Assembly: GCA_945787575.1 (NCBI GenBank)
Contig: CALZKB010000002.1
Span: 12,262-76,261, forward strand
Origin: Thermoanaerobaculia bacterium
GTDB lineage: Bacteria > Acidobacteriota > Thermoanaerobaculia > Multivoradales > JAHEKO01
DNA length: 64,000 nt
Direction of reading: 5' to 3'
The notes under the pieces: generated by a model
What the model was told of the DNA's origin: nothing
Seen by the model: only the letters and a program-made list of their open reading frames with translations
The model's database searches: none
Shown: positions 17,149 to 25,748 of the stretch, piece by piece
Layout of the letters: the number at the start of each line of letters is the position of its first letter
How positions within the stretch are numbered: the stretch's first letter is position 1
Program-made: the position numbers and the translations under genes

Positions 17149-19548
17149 TCAGCCGAAGAAGTGCAGAGCCGCCTCGCCGGGGCTCCCGACCAGCTCTTCG
17201 AGGTCGCCGCCGGGCGCCCAGTCGGATGGCAGGTGCTCGCGGTAGGGCGTCGTGAGGAAGCGCTCATCGAGAAGCGCGACGACGCCGGTGTCTTCGGAAG
17301 AGCGAATGAGCCGGCCGGCGGCTTGGACCACCCGGGTCATGCCGGGCACCACGAAGGCGTATTCGAAGCCGCGCTCGAACTGCTCTTCGTAGTAGCGCTT
17401 CAAGAGCTCGCGCTCGAGGCTCACGGCTGGCAGGCACGGGCCGACGACCGCCACCGCCTTGAGCATGTCGCCCGGATAGTCGACCCCCTCAGCGAAGACG
17501 CCGCCGGCGACCGCCAGCAGCAGCACGTCACCGGCGAGGCTCGAGCGCAGGTTGTCGAGCAGCAGCTCACGATCACGATCGCCGTCGCCCCGTGACTGAA
17601 CCAGCACCCGCTTGCCCTCGACCCGGAGCTCGCGGCCGACCCGCTCCAAGAACTCGTAGCTGGGGAACAGAGCGAGGCAGTTGCCCGGGACGCCGGCGGC
17701 GAAGCCGCTCAAGCTGCGGGCGATCCGGCCGTAGTTGTCGGGTCGCCGCTTCCAGGTCGTGGCCACGGAGTCGTCGATCACCAGGCGGCGGTTGGCGAGC
17801 GGAAACGGGCTCGCCACCTCGAGATGTCGGAACCGATCTCGATCGAAGCCGAGCAGATCCCGGTAGAACTCGCTCGGCGAGAGCGTTGCGGAGAGGCCGA
17901 TGACCGAGTGGGTGCGGTGGATCAGCGCTCCGAGGAACTTGCTCGGGTCCTTGCAGAGGATGCGAAGCGCCGCCCCCTGCGGGCCCCGCTCGGCGTACTG
18001 GCTGAAAGCGGGACCATCCGCGAGCATCAGTCCGTTGAGGAAGCGAAGAAGATCGAAGTAGAGAGTTACGAAGAGATCGTTCGCCCGGAAGGTCGACGTC
18101 TCGCGTCGATGCTCGAGATAGTCGATGAAGGCTTCGTCGAACTCGACTCGCAGAGCGAACAGATCGTCTTCGGGCAGGGTGATCTCGGCGGCCCGCGCCC
18201 GGGCGCCGACGTCGTCGAGAGCCGAGTCGGTGGTGGTTTCGATGAGGGCCGTGAGACGGTGGGCGAGGGCGACGATCCGTCGTTGGATCGGTGCTGCCCC
18301 GGCCAACGCTTCGGCGACCTCGCGCGCGGACTTCGCGGTCAGGCCGGGGCTATAGTAGCCACGACCGCGCTCGACGAGATTGTGAATCTCGTCGACGATC
18401 AAGATGACGTCCGACAGGTCGTTGTCGCCGGCGAAGTCCGACAGGCCGACATAGGGGTCGAATGCGTAGTTGTAGTCGCAGACGACGACCTGCGATTCGT
18501 GGGAGAGCTCGAGGCTGACCTCGAACGGGCAGACCTCGGCCGCCTGCGAGGCGTCGAAGATCCGGTCCGGGAGCAAGGTCGCGTCCGCCTCGCGAATCCG
18601 CCGCACGATCTGTGAACTGTGGAGCTTGGCGTAGTAGTCCCGTGCGTAGGGGCAGTACTCCTCGTGGCAGAGGACCTCGTCATTGGCGCACATCTTGGCC
18701 TTGGCCCGAAGCTGGAGCGAGTGGAACGCCGACTCCCGATTGAGCAGCTCAAGCACGGTCGTCGCCATCGTCTGCTGTAGGGTCTTGGCCGTGAGGACGA
18801 AGATCCGCTTGTCGTGGCGCAGTGCATGACGCACCGCCGGGAAAAGAGCGGCGACGGTCTTGCCGATCCCGGTCGGCGCTTCGACGAGCAGGTGGCTGCG
18901 CTCTTCGAGTGCCTGGTCGATCGCGTCGACGATCTCCTGCTGTCCCGGTCGGATCGTCCCGTACGGGAAGTGGAGCCGATCCCCCGCGCCGCGGCGCTCC
19001 GCGAGCAGAACGCTCCGCCGCTCGTGCTCGGCGATCCACTGCGCGATCCGCCGCTTGGCTTCGAGCTCGAGGCCTTCGAGATCGAGCTCGACCGGCTGGC
19101 GGTCGACGACGTCGCTGCCGATCTCGATGAGAATGAGCTCGGCCCGCAGCGAGTCGTGCCCCTGTCGCGCCAGCATCCAGGCGTACAGTCGAGCTTGCTG
19201 TTCGTAGAGCTGGCGCACCGCCGGCGCCAGGTGGCCATCGCGGCGGACGGACTTGATCTCCTCGACGACGAGAGCGTCGTCCTGCTTGCGAATGCCGTCG
19301 GCCCGGCCCTCGATCGTGACTGCCCATCCGCGATGGGCGAGGGTCGTTTTGAGCGGCACCTCTCGCCGATAAGTCGGATCGTCGGCGAGCGCTCGCTCCT
19401 GGTACTGCGAGTGGATCGCCTGACCGAGCCACATCCGCTCGTAGCCGCCGCGGTTGGCGAAGCCGAGGCTACGTTGAAGGCGCTTGTCGAGGAGATCCGC
19501 GACGGCCAGCTCGAGGGTGAAGTTCTCACCGTCGAATCGCGGCGCCAT
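17149..19548 (-). CDS. PD-(D/E)xK nuclease domain fused to XPD/DinG-family Fe-S DNA helicase
   Basis: N-terminal ~190 aa carries GRADGI...VVEEIKSV (D...ExK) and QARLYAW (QxxxY), i.e. RecB/AddB/Cas4-type nuclease motifs. Helicase core: EAPTGIGKT (Walker A), four-Cys Fe-S insert MCANDEVLCHEEYCPY...EVCPFE, VDEIHNL (DEAH-like), and C-terminal GGVFAEGVDYPG / QAAGRLIR. Confidence 0.8.
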   Translation of the reverse strand: MAPRFDGENFTLELAVADLLDKRLQRSLGFANRGGYERMWLGQAIHSQYQERALADDPTYRREVPLKTTLAHRGWAVTIEGRADGIRKQDDALVVEEIKSVRRDGHLAPAVRQLYEQQARLYAWMLARQGHDSLRAELILIEIGSDVVDRQPVELDLEGLELEAKRRIAQWIAEHERRSVLLAERRGAGDRLHFPYGTIRPGQQEIVDAIDQALEERSHLLVEAPTGIGKTVAALFPAVRHALRHDKRIFVLTAKTLQQTMATTVLELLNRESAFHSLQLRAKAKMCANDEVLCHEEYCPYARDYYAKLHSSQIVRRIREADATLLPDRIFDASQAAEVCPFEVSLELSHESQVVVCDYNYAFDPYVGLSDFAGDNDLSDVILIVDEIHNLVERGRGYYSPGLTAKSAREVAEALAGAAPIQRRIVALAHRLTALIETTTDSALDDVGARARAAEITLPEDDLFALRVEFDEAFIDYLEHRRETSTFRANDLFVTLYFDLLRFLNGLMLADGPAFSQYAERGPQGAALRILCKDPSKFLGALIHRTHSVIGLSATLSPSEFYRDLLGFDRDRFRHLEVASPFPLANRRLVIDDSVATTWKRRPDNYGRIARSLSGFAAGVPGNCLALFPSYEFLERVGRELRVEGKRVLVQSRGDGDRDRELLLDNLRSSLAGDVLLLAVAGGVFAEGVDYPGDMLKAVAVVGPCLPAVSLERELLKRYYEEQFERGFEYAFVVPGMTRVVQAAGRLIRSSEDTGVVALLDERFLTTPYREHLPSDWAPGGDLEELVGSPGEAALHFFG

Positions 19549-19563
19549 GCGCCGCAGTGTACC

Positions 19564-19591
19564 TGGTGGCGGACGGGATCGAACCCCCTCC
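19564..19591 (-). other. tRNA 3'-end-like fragment (T-arm-like hairpin + GCCACCA), not a complete tRNA
   Basis: Minus strand reads GGAGGGG-GTTCGAT-CCCGTCC-GCCACCA, i.e. a T-loop-like GTTCGAT in a 7-bp stem with one mismatch, then ACCA. No matching 5' acceptor, D arm or anticodon arm could be folded from the upstream ~60 nt. Confidence 0.4.
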
Positions 19592-19649
19592 GGCCTCGGC
19601 CGCCGCCGGCAGGGCTGACAAAGAACGCGCCCTGGGATAGCCTGAGCGC

Positions 19650-20648
19650 GTGAGCAACGGCAATCGGAATGTGATCGACCTACCGCAGCTGCCGAAGCTG
19701 CCCAAGTTGCCGGCGGGTGCTCTCCAGACCGGGCTGCTGGCGCTCCTCGCGCTGGTGATCGTCGTCTCGAGCGTCTACACCATCGATCCCGAGGAGGTCG
19801 GGGTCATCATGCGCTTCGGCAAGTACGTCTCCACGAACGAGCCGGGGCTGCACTTCAAGCTCCCGTTCGGCATCGACCGAGTCGTCAAGGTGCCCGTTCA
19901 GCGACAGCTCAAGCAGGAGTTCGGATTTCGCACCGTGCGAGCGGGCGTCCGCAGCCAGTTTCGCAAGGAACCGGGCGAATCGAACATGCTGACCGGCGAC
20001 CTCAACGCGGCGGTCGTCGAATGGGTGGTCCAGTACCGGGCCGAAGACCCGTACCAGTTCCTGTTTCGGGTTCGTCGGGTCGAGGAGACGCTGCAGGATC
20101 TCTCGGAGGCGGTCATGCGGCAGGTGGTCGGCGACCGGACGGTCGACGAGGTCCTGACGGTCGGTCGCCAGGAGGTCGCCGATCTCGTCGAGCAGCGGCT
20201 CCAGGAGCTCTGCGTCCAGTACGAGATGGGGATCAAGATCGAGCAGGTCGTGCTGCAGGACGTCACGCCTCCGGATCCGGTGAAGCCCTCCTTCAACGAG
20301 GTCAACCAGGCCGAGCAGGAACGGGAGACGCTGATCAACCAGGCCCAGTCGGAGTACAACAAGGTGATCTTCCGCGCCCAGGGCGAGGCCCAGCAGACGA
20401 TCGAGAAAGCGGAAGGGTACGCCATCGACCGGGTCAATCGCGCGGAGGGCGAGGCCAATCGCTTCGGGGCTCTCTTCGGCGAGTATCGCAAGGCTCCCCA
20501 GGTGACCCGCAAGCGAATCTACCTCGAGACGATGAACGAGGTGCTGCCCCGATTCGGGTCCAAGATCGTCGTCGACGACGACTTGTCCGGAGTGCTCCCG
20601 CTCCTCAATCTCGACGGCGCCGGACGGAAGTCGGGAGGGGGCGACTGA
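19650..20648 (+). CDS. hflK: FtsH protease modulator HflK (SPFH/band 7)
   Basis: N-terminal TM, then YTIDPEEVGVIMRFGKY...GLHFKLPFGIDRV, and a C-terminal coiled coil typical of HflK. Followed by hflC. Confidence 0.85.
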   Translation: MSNGNRNVIDLPQLPKLPKLPAGALQTGLLALLALVIVVSSVYTIDPEEVGVIMRFGKYVSTNEPGLHFKLPFGIDRVVKVPVQRQLKQEFGFRTVRAGVRSQFRKEPGESNMLTGDLNAAVVEWVVQYRAEDPYQFLFRVRRVEETLQDLSEAVMRQVVGDRTVDEVLTVGRQEVADLVEQRLQELCVQYEMGIKIEQVVLQDVTPPDPVKPSFNEVNQAEQERETLINQAQSEYNKVIFRAQGEAQQTIEKAEGYAIDRVNRAEGEANRFGALFGEYRKAPQVTRKRIYLETMNEVLPRFGSKIVVDDDLSGVLPLLNLDGAGRKSGGGD

Positions 20649-21580
20649 TGCGCGGAGCCGCCATTGCCCTGGTCATCGTCGCGATCGTCGTCGCGGGGAA
20701 CGCCGCCTATGTCGTCAACGAGCCGGAGCAGGTGATCATCACCATGTTCGGTGACCCGATCGGAGACCCGGTGACCGATGCGGGCCTGCACCTCAAGGTG
20801 CCGTTGCTCCACAAGGTCCACCGATTCGATCGGCGCTTCCTCGAATGGGACGGCGACCCCAACGAATTGACGACCCGGGACAAGCGCTTCATCTTTGTCG
20901 ACACCCTGGCCCGCTGGCGGATCACCGACCCGCTCCTCTATTTCCAGCGACTACAGGACGAGCGGCGAGCGCAGAGCCGGCTCGACGACATTCTCGACGG
21001 TGAGACGCGCAACGCGATCGCCAATCACGATCTCGTCGAGGTGGTGCGCACCAGCAATCGCGAGCCGGCCCAGGCCGAGTCGCGCTTCGAACAGGTTCAC
21101 ACGACGCTCGCGCCGATCAAAGACGGGCGCGAGAAGATCCGCCTCGAGATCCTCGACAGGGCGAAGGCACGCACCGGAGACCTGGGGATCGAGATCCTCG
21201 ACGTTCAGTTCAAGCGCATCAACTACGTCGAGAACGTGCGTGAGAAGGTCTATCAGCGGATGATCGCCGAACGCCGGCGGATCGCCGACCGCTACCGCTC
21301 CGAGGGTCAGGGCGAGGCGGCTCGGATCCAGGGCGAAATGGAGCGCGAGCTCAAGCGGATCGTGTCCGAGGCCTATCGCGAAGCTCAGGAGATCCATGGT
21401 CGAGCGGACGCAGAAGCCACCGAGATCTATGCGAGCGCCTACGATCAGTCGGCCGACTCGCGCAGCTTCTACGCCTTCCTCAAGACGATGGAGACGCTGC
21501 GCTCCACGGCGAGCGCGGAGACCACCGTCGTCTTGTCCACTGATGGTGAGTTCTACAGCTTCCTCAAGAACGCCCAGTAG
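20648..21580 (+). CDS. hflC: FtsH protease modulator HflC (SPFH/band 7)
   Basis: ATG at 20648 overlaps the hflK stop (TGATG). MRGAAIALVIVAIVV...YVVNEPEQVIITMFG...GLHLKVPLLHKV. The upstream part of track ORF 20021.. is an alternate-frame artefact inside hflK. Confidence 0.85.
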   Translation: MRGAAIALVIVAIVVAGNAAYVVNEPEQVIITMFGDPIGDPVTDAGLHLKVPLLHKVHRFDRRFLEWDGDPNELTTRDKRFIFVDTLARWRITDPLLYFQRLQDERRAQSRLDDILDGETRNAIANHDLVEVVRTSNREPAQAESRFEQVHTTLAPIKDGREKIRLEILDRAKARTGDLGIEILDVQFKRINYVENVREKVYQRMIAERRRIADRYRSEGQGEAARIQGEMERELKRIVSEAYREAQEIHGRADAEATEIYASAYDQSADSRSFYAFLKTMETLRSTASAETTVVLSTDGEFYSFLKNAQ

Positions 21581-23054
21581 GACAACGAGGCGAACCGCCC
21601 GAGGTCACCGATGGCGGCTCGTAGCCCTCGCGCTGCTCGCGGGAACGCCGGCTTCGGCGTTTGCCCTCCTCGACGAGCTGACGGCGGCGGCCGAGCAGGC
21701 GCGTCGGGCGGCGCCGGCGCTCGGCGTTCACGTCGTCGACGTCGAGACCGGCGAGACGGTCTACGAGTACCAGCCCGACCGACCGCGGATCCTCGCTTCG
21801 AACACCAAGCTCGTGACGTCGGCCGCGGCTCTCGACCGGCTGTCGCCGGCGCATTTCATCGAGACCGCGCTGCGCGCTCGGGGAGTCGTGGAGGAGGGCA
21901 CCTTGCGGGGCGATCTCGCGGTCGTCGGTGCCGGTGACCCGGCGATCTCCGGACGCCACTACGGGGACGATCCGCTCTACATCTTCCGGAAGTGGGGAGA
22001 GCAGCTCGTCGCCGACGGCATCTCGCGGGTCGCCGGAGACCTGGTCCTCGTCGACGGACTGTTCCGAGGTCCTCAGGTTCATCCGGACTGGCCGCGAGAC
22101 CAGCTTCACAAGTGGTACGAGGCGCCGGTCTCCTCGCTCTCGTTCAACGACAACTGCGTGTGGGTCTGGGTCCGCCCGGGGGCGACGCCGGGGTCGCCCG
22201 CCGAGGTGGAGATCACGCCCGACTTGCCGACCGTGACGATTCGCAATCGAGCGAAGACCACGAACAAGGCGAGAAGCCACCGGATCATCATCGACCGCCA
22301 ACCGGGCAGTGACGTCATCGACGTCTCCGGCTGGGTCTACCGCCGCTCGGAGCCCTTCGTCGTCGCGGTCACGGTGCCGGATCCGGAGATGCTCTTCGCT
22401 CACGGACTCCGTGCCGGACTGGCCCAAGCCGGCGTCGTCGTCGAGGGCGACATCCGAATCGAGCCGCGTCTGCCGGCCGAGCCGTGGTGGATCGTGGCAC
22501 GCCATCGGACCGACCTCCTGACGGTGCTCGAAGTCGTCAACAAGCGGAGCCAGAACCTCTACGCCGAGAGCCTCTTGAAACTGGTGGGCGCGATCGACTG
22601 TGGGGAGGGGAGCTGGGAGGCGGGCGCCCAAGTGGTTACCGAGTTCTTGACGGCGCTCGGCATCGACCGCGCCAGTTACAAATACGCCGACGGCTCCGGG
22701 ATGAGCCGCAACAACCTCTTCACGCCGCGGCAGCTCACGACTCTGCTTCGCCACATGTACTTCCATCGGCACGGCAAGGAGTTTCTGCGGTCTCTCTCCT
22801 ACAGCGGCGAATCGGCCCGCGACCCGCCGTGGATGAGCTCCTCGCTGTCGGAGCGCCTCGACGAGGGCGGCTACCGGCACAACGTACTCGCCAAGACGGG
22901 AGGACTCAACGGCGTCTCCACCCTTTCGGGCTACGTCAAGTCCCATTCGGGCAAGATCTACGCCTTCTCGATTCTGTGCAATTCGACGCGCGGCGGCTGG
23001 CGGGCGAAGAAGGCGCAAGACCAGATCGTACGAGCTCTCATCGACCGTGGCTGA
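21543..23054 (+). CDS. dacB: D-alanyl-D-alanine carboxypeptidase/endopeptidase, PBP4 (peptidase S13)
   Basis: ASNTKLVT (SxxK), YADGSGMSRNN (SxN region), LAKTGGLNGVSTLSGY (KTG). ATG 21543 gives an Arg-rich n-region plus hydrophobic signal ...RWRLVALALLAGTPASAFA. The start is uncertain. Confidence 0.8.
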   Translation: MVSSTASSRTPSRTTRRTARGHRWRLVALALLAGTPASAFALLDELTAAAEQARRAAPALGVHVVDVETGETVYEYQPDRPRILASNTKLVTSAAALDRLSPAHFIETALRARGVVEEGTLRGDLAVVGAGDPAISGRHYGDDPLYIFRKWGEQLVADGISRVAGDLVLVDGLFRGPQVHPDWPRDQLHKWYEAPVSSLSFNDNCVWVWVRPGATPGSPAEVEITPDLPTVTIRNRAKTTNKARSHRIIIDRQPGSDVIDVSGWVYRRSEPFVVAVTVPDPEMLFAHGLRAGLAQAGVVVEGDIRIEPRLPAEPWWIVARHRTDLLTVLEVVNKRSQNLYAESLLKLVGAIDCGEGSWEAGAQVVTEFLTALGIDRASYKYADGSGMSRNNLFTPRQLTTLLRHMYFHRHGKEFLRSLSYSGESARDPPWMSSSLSERLDEGGYRHNVLAKTGGLNGVSTLSGYVKSHSGKIYAFSILCNSTRGGWRAKKAQDQIVRALIDRG

Positions 23055-24282
23055 GTCGGGCAGCGACCGCGAGCCTGCGGGCAGCCATCACGACCTGCTC
23101 CGGGAGGTCGAGGATCTAATTGCGACCATCGAGTCGGATGTCGAAGTAAGGTCGATTCGGGCCATGGCGGCGCGGGTGGTAGAGGTGATGGGGCTCCGTC
23201 TCGGCTTGACCGGGGGACGGGTCTACGAGCGCGACGGTTTCGACTACGTGCAGATCGCGACCTTTCCGGACGATCGAGTCCTTTCCACCGTCCGGGTACC
23301 GGACAGCTACCGGCCCATCGAGCTGGTTCGCGAGTTGCGTTTCGTCTACATGCGGGCGGACGATCCGGCTCTCGACCGCGAACTCGAGGAGCGGCTCGGG
23401 GCGCGCGAATTCGCCGCCATCTGGATCGATGGCGAAGGGTGCGACTGCATTGTCGCTTTCGACTTGATGGAAGGGAGCGTCCCCATCGACGTTCGGCTCA
23501 CGCTGTCGATCTTGCGCTACAGCATTCAGCATCGGCTGAGCGCGGTCTGGATGGGCGGAGTCTTAGAGGAAGCGCGGCGCATCCAGGCTTCGATCCTTCC
23601 GCGACGCGTGCCACGCTACGCGGACTTCGACATGGCGGGTCGAGTCGTTTCGATGGAGGGAATCGGCGGCGACTTCTACGACTTCATCCCGCTCGGCCCG
23701 GAGATGTTCGGACTGGCCATCGCCGACGTCTCCGGTCATGGCCTGCCGGCCGCCCTGCAGACCCGCGACATCTATACGGGGCTGAGGATGGGGCTGGCGC
23801 GCGACCTCAAGATCACCCGCACCGTCGAGCGCTTGAATCGGATCGTCAGCCGCAGCACGCTGACCAGCCGATTCGTCGCCTTGTTCTACGGCGAGTTGTC
23901 GACCAACGGTCTCTTCATCTACGTCAACGCCGGACACGATGCGCCGTTTCACGTCGATGCCGCGGGCGTGGCGACCGCGTTGACGGAAGGAGGTCCGGTG
24001 CTCGGGCCGATCCTGGACGCGACCTACGAGCGCGGCTTCGTCCGCCTGGAGCCGGGAGACACGCTCGTCTTCTATACCGACGGCATCGTCGAGACCGAGG
24101 GGGTGAACGGCGCGGAGTCGATCGAGTACGGCACCGACCGGCTCCTCGCGATCGTCCGAGAATGCCGCGACCAGAGTGCGCGAGAGACGGTCGAAAAGGT
24201 GCTCGAGGACGTCACGCGTTTCGACCGCCTCTCTCAGGCGAACGACGACCGAACCGTCGTCATCGTCAAGCGACCGAGCTAG
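23047..24282 (+). CDS. PP2C-type (SpoIIE/RsbU-like) serine phosphatase with N-terminal sensor-like domain
   Basis: C-terminal half: ARRIQASILP, GGDFYDFIP, LAIADVSGHGLPAAL, FYTDGIVE, DDRTVVIVK, which are the SpoIIE/PP2C motifs. The N-terminal ~170 aa are uncharacterised (possibly GAF-like). Confidence 0.8.
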   Translation: MAESGSDREPAGSHHDLLREVEDLIATIESDVEVRSIRAMAARVVEVMGLRLGLTGGRVYERDGFDYVQIATFPDDRVLSTVRVPDSYRPIELVRELRFVYMRADDPALDRELEERLGAREFAAIWIDGEGCDCIVAFDLMEGSVPIDVRLTLSILRYSIQHRLSAVWMGGVLEEARRIQASILPRRVPRYADFDMAGRVVSMEGIGGDFYDFIPLGPEMFGLAIADVSGHGLPAALQTRDIYTGLRMGLARDLKITRTVERLNRIVSRSTLTSRFVALFYGELSTNGLFIYVNAGHDAPFHVDAAGVATALTEGGPVLGPILDATYERGFVRLEPGDTLVFYTDGIVETEGVNGAESIEYGTDRLLAIVRECRDQSARETVEKVLEDVTRFDRLSQANDDRTVVIVKRPS

Positions 24283-24379
24283 CCGACCCCCGTTCACCCT
24301 CCCTCGGCCGTACCGACCGCCTCAGTGGGTAGTCGGTCATTTCGAGGCGACCTTGCGCAGTTGTGGAGTCTCGTGAGCG

Positions 24380-25075
24380 TCACGGATTCCGCTGCTCCGA
24401 CCGACGCTCGACGACGTCGATCTGCTGTTCGAGCTTGACGATCCGATCGGCCCCGTAGACGCCTGGCCGCAGTTGCACCCCGGGGTAGAGAGTCGTTGCG
24501 GCACCGACCATACAGCCGGGATGGAGAACGCAGTTGCAGCCCGTCCGGACGCCGTCACCGAGAATCGCTCCGAGCTTTCTCCGGCCGGTTGCGAGCGGTC
24601 CGTCCGCGGACGGGATGACGATCTCTCGCCCGTCGTGTCGGAAGTTCGAGAGCACCGTGCCCGCGCCGAGGTTTACCCCCACTCCCAGGATCGAGTCGCC
24701 AACATAAGCGAGGTGCGGGGCCTTGGCGCCGGCGAAGAGGATCGAGTGCTTGACCTCGGTGTTGGCTCCGACCACGACGCCATCGGCGAGCCAACAGCCG
24801 CCTCGAAGAAAGGCTCCGGGGCGGATCGTCACCCCCTCGCCGATGAAGATCGGTCCCTCGATCACGGCGGTGGGATGGATCCGCGTGCCGCGCCCGATCA
24901 CGATCCGATCGCCGAGGAGATGGAAGTCGGGGGAAAGCGCGATCTCGATGCGGGTGGACGGCAGGCTCGTCAGCGCCTCGTCGAGCGCGGCGCCGATCAG
25001 CTCCCACGGACGCTCGGTCTCGTAGCGTACCGAGAACGGGGTCGGGAGGTCGGCGAAGAGACGGGGGAGCGTCAT
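24380..25075 (-). CDS. Left-handed beta-helix (hexapeptide-repeat) transferase, GlmU C-terminal-like
   Basis: Runs of hexapeptide repeats (IGRGTRIHPTAVIEGPIFIGEGVTIRPGAFLRGG...VGANTEVKHSIL...). The internal ATG at 25075 (MTLPRLF) is preferred; the track start at 25111 is possible. Confidence 0.65.
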   Translation of the reverse strand: MTLPRLFADLPTPFSVRYETERPWELIGAALDEALTSLPSTRIEIALSPDFHLLGDRIVIGRGTRIHPTAVIEGPIFIGEGVTIRPGAFLRGGCWLADGVVVGANTEVKHSILFAGAKAPHLAYVGDSILGVGVNLGAGTVLSNFRHDGREIVIPSADGPLATGRRKLGAILGDGVRTGCNCVLHPGCMVGAATTLYPGVQLRPGVYGADRIVKLEQQIDVVERRSEQRNP

Positions 25076-25112
25076 GAGCGGGTGTGATCGGGCATGATAG
25101 TGCATCATCATT

Positions 25113-25748
25113 ATGGCTCGTCTCGAACCGCTTCCCCCGTTGTTCTTTCGCCGACCGGCCGACGTAGTCGCTCCCGATCTACTCGGGCGACTCGTCGTGC
25201 GGGAGCTCGACGGCGAGCGGCTCGTCCTGAGAGTCGTCGAGGTCGAGGCTTACCTCGGCGCGTGCGACCGAGCAAGCCACGCCTGGGCCGATCGCCGCAC
25301 CGCTCGTACGGCCTCGCTCTTCAGGGACGGAGGCTCAGCCTACGTGTACTTCATCTACGGGGTGCATCACATGTTCAACGTCGTGACCGGAAGGGCGGAC
25401 GACGGCTCGGCCGTTCTCATCCGCGCCGGCGAGCCGGTCGAGGGCGAGACGAGCATGGCTCGCCTTCGGGGCCTCAAAGGCCCCCGCCGGCCGGGCGACG
25501 TCGCGGGCGGCCCGGGAAAGCTCTGCCAGGCACTCGCGATCGACACCCGCCTCGACCGGGTCGGTCTCCAGTCCGGTTCGCTTCGGTTGGCCGCCGGGAG
25601 CGCCCTGCCGGCGGCGCAGGTCGCTCTCGGTCCCCGGATCGGGATCGACTATGCGGGTGAAGCGGCGAGCTGGCCGCTTCGTTTCGCGGTCGCCGGCAAC
25701 CCTCACGTCTCGCGACCGGCGCCCGCCGTTGGGGCTCAGTTGAGGTAG
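25113..25748 (+). CDS. mpg: DNA-3-methyladenine glycosylase (Mpg/AAG family)
   Basis: VVEVEAYLG..DRASHA...RTARTASLF..GGSAYVYFIYGVHHMFNVV...LIRAGEPV...GPGKLCQAL, the diagnostic Mpg family blocks. Confidence 0.85.
   Translation: MARLEPLPPLFFRRPADVVAPDLLGRLVVRELDGERLVLRVVEVEAYLGACDRASHAWADRRTARTASLFRDGGSAYVYFIYGVHHMFNVVTGRADDGSAVLIRAGEPVEGETSMARLRGLKGPRRPGDVAGGPGKLCQALAIDTRLDRVGLQSGSLRLAAGSALPAAQVALGPRIGIDYAGEAASWPLRFAVAGNPHVSRPAPAVGAQLR

Noticed and set aside
16885-19586. 13-bp inverted repeat GGGTTCGATCCCG (16885-16897) / CGGGATCGAACCC (19574-19586) flanking the nuclease-helicase gene, as possible mobile-element ends
   Set aside because: In 64 kb of biased composition, many 13-mer inverted matches are expected by chance. 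The left copy lies inside a coding frame (GVGFDPE). No transposase, integrase or target-site duplication is seen.
19564-19650. Possible complete tRNA gene on the minus strand
   Set aside because: Only a T-arm-like hairpin plus ACCA is present. The T-stem has a mismatch and non-canonical geometry. No 5' acceptor strand (GGCGGAC), D arm or anticodon arm can be found in the upstream ~60 nt.
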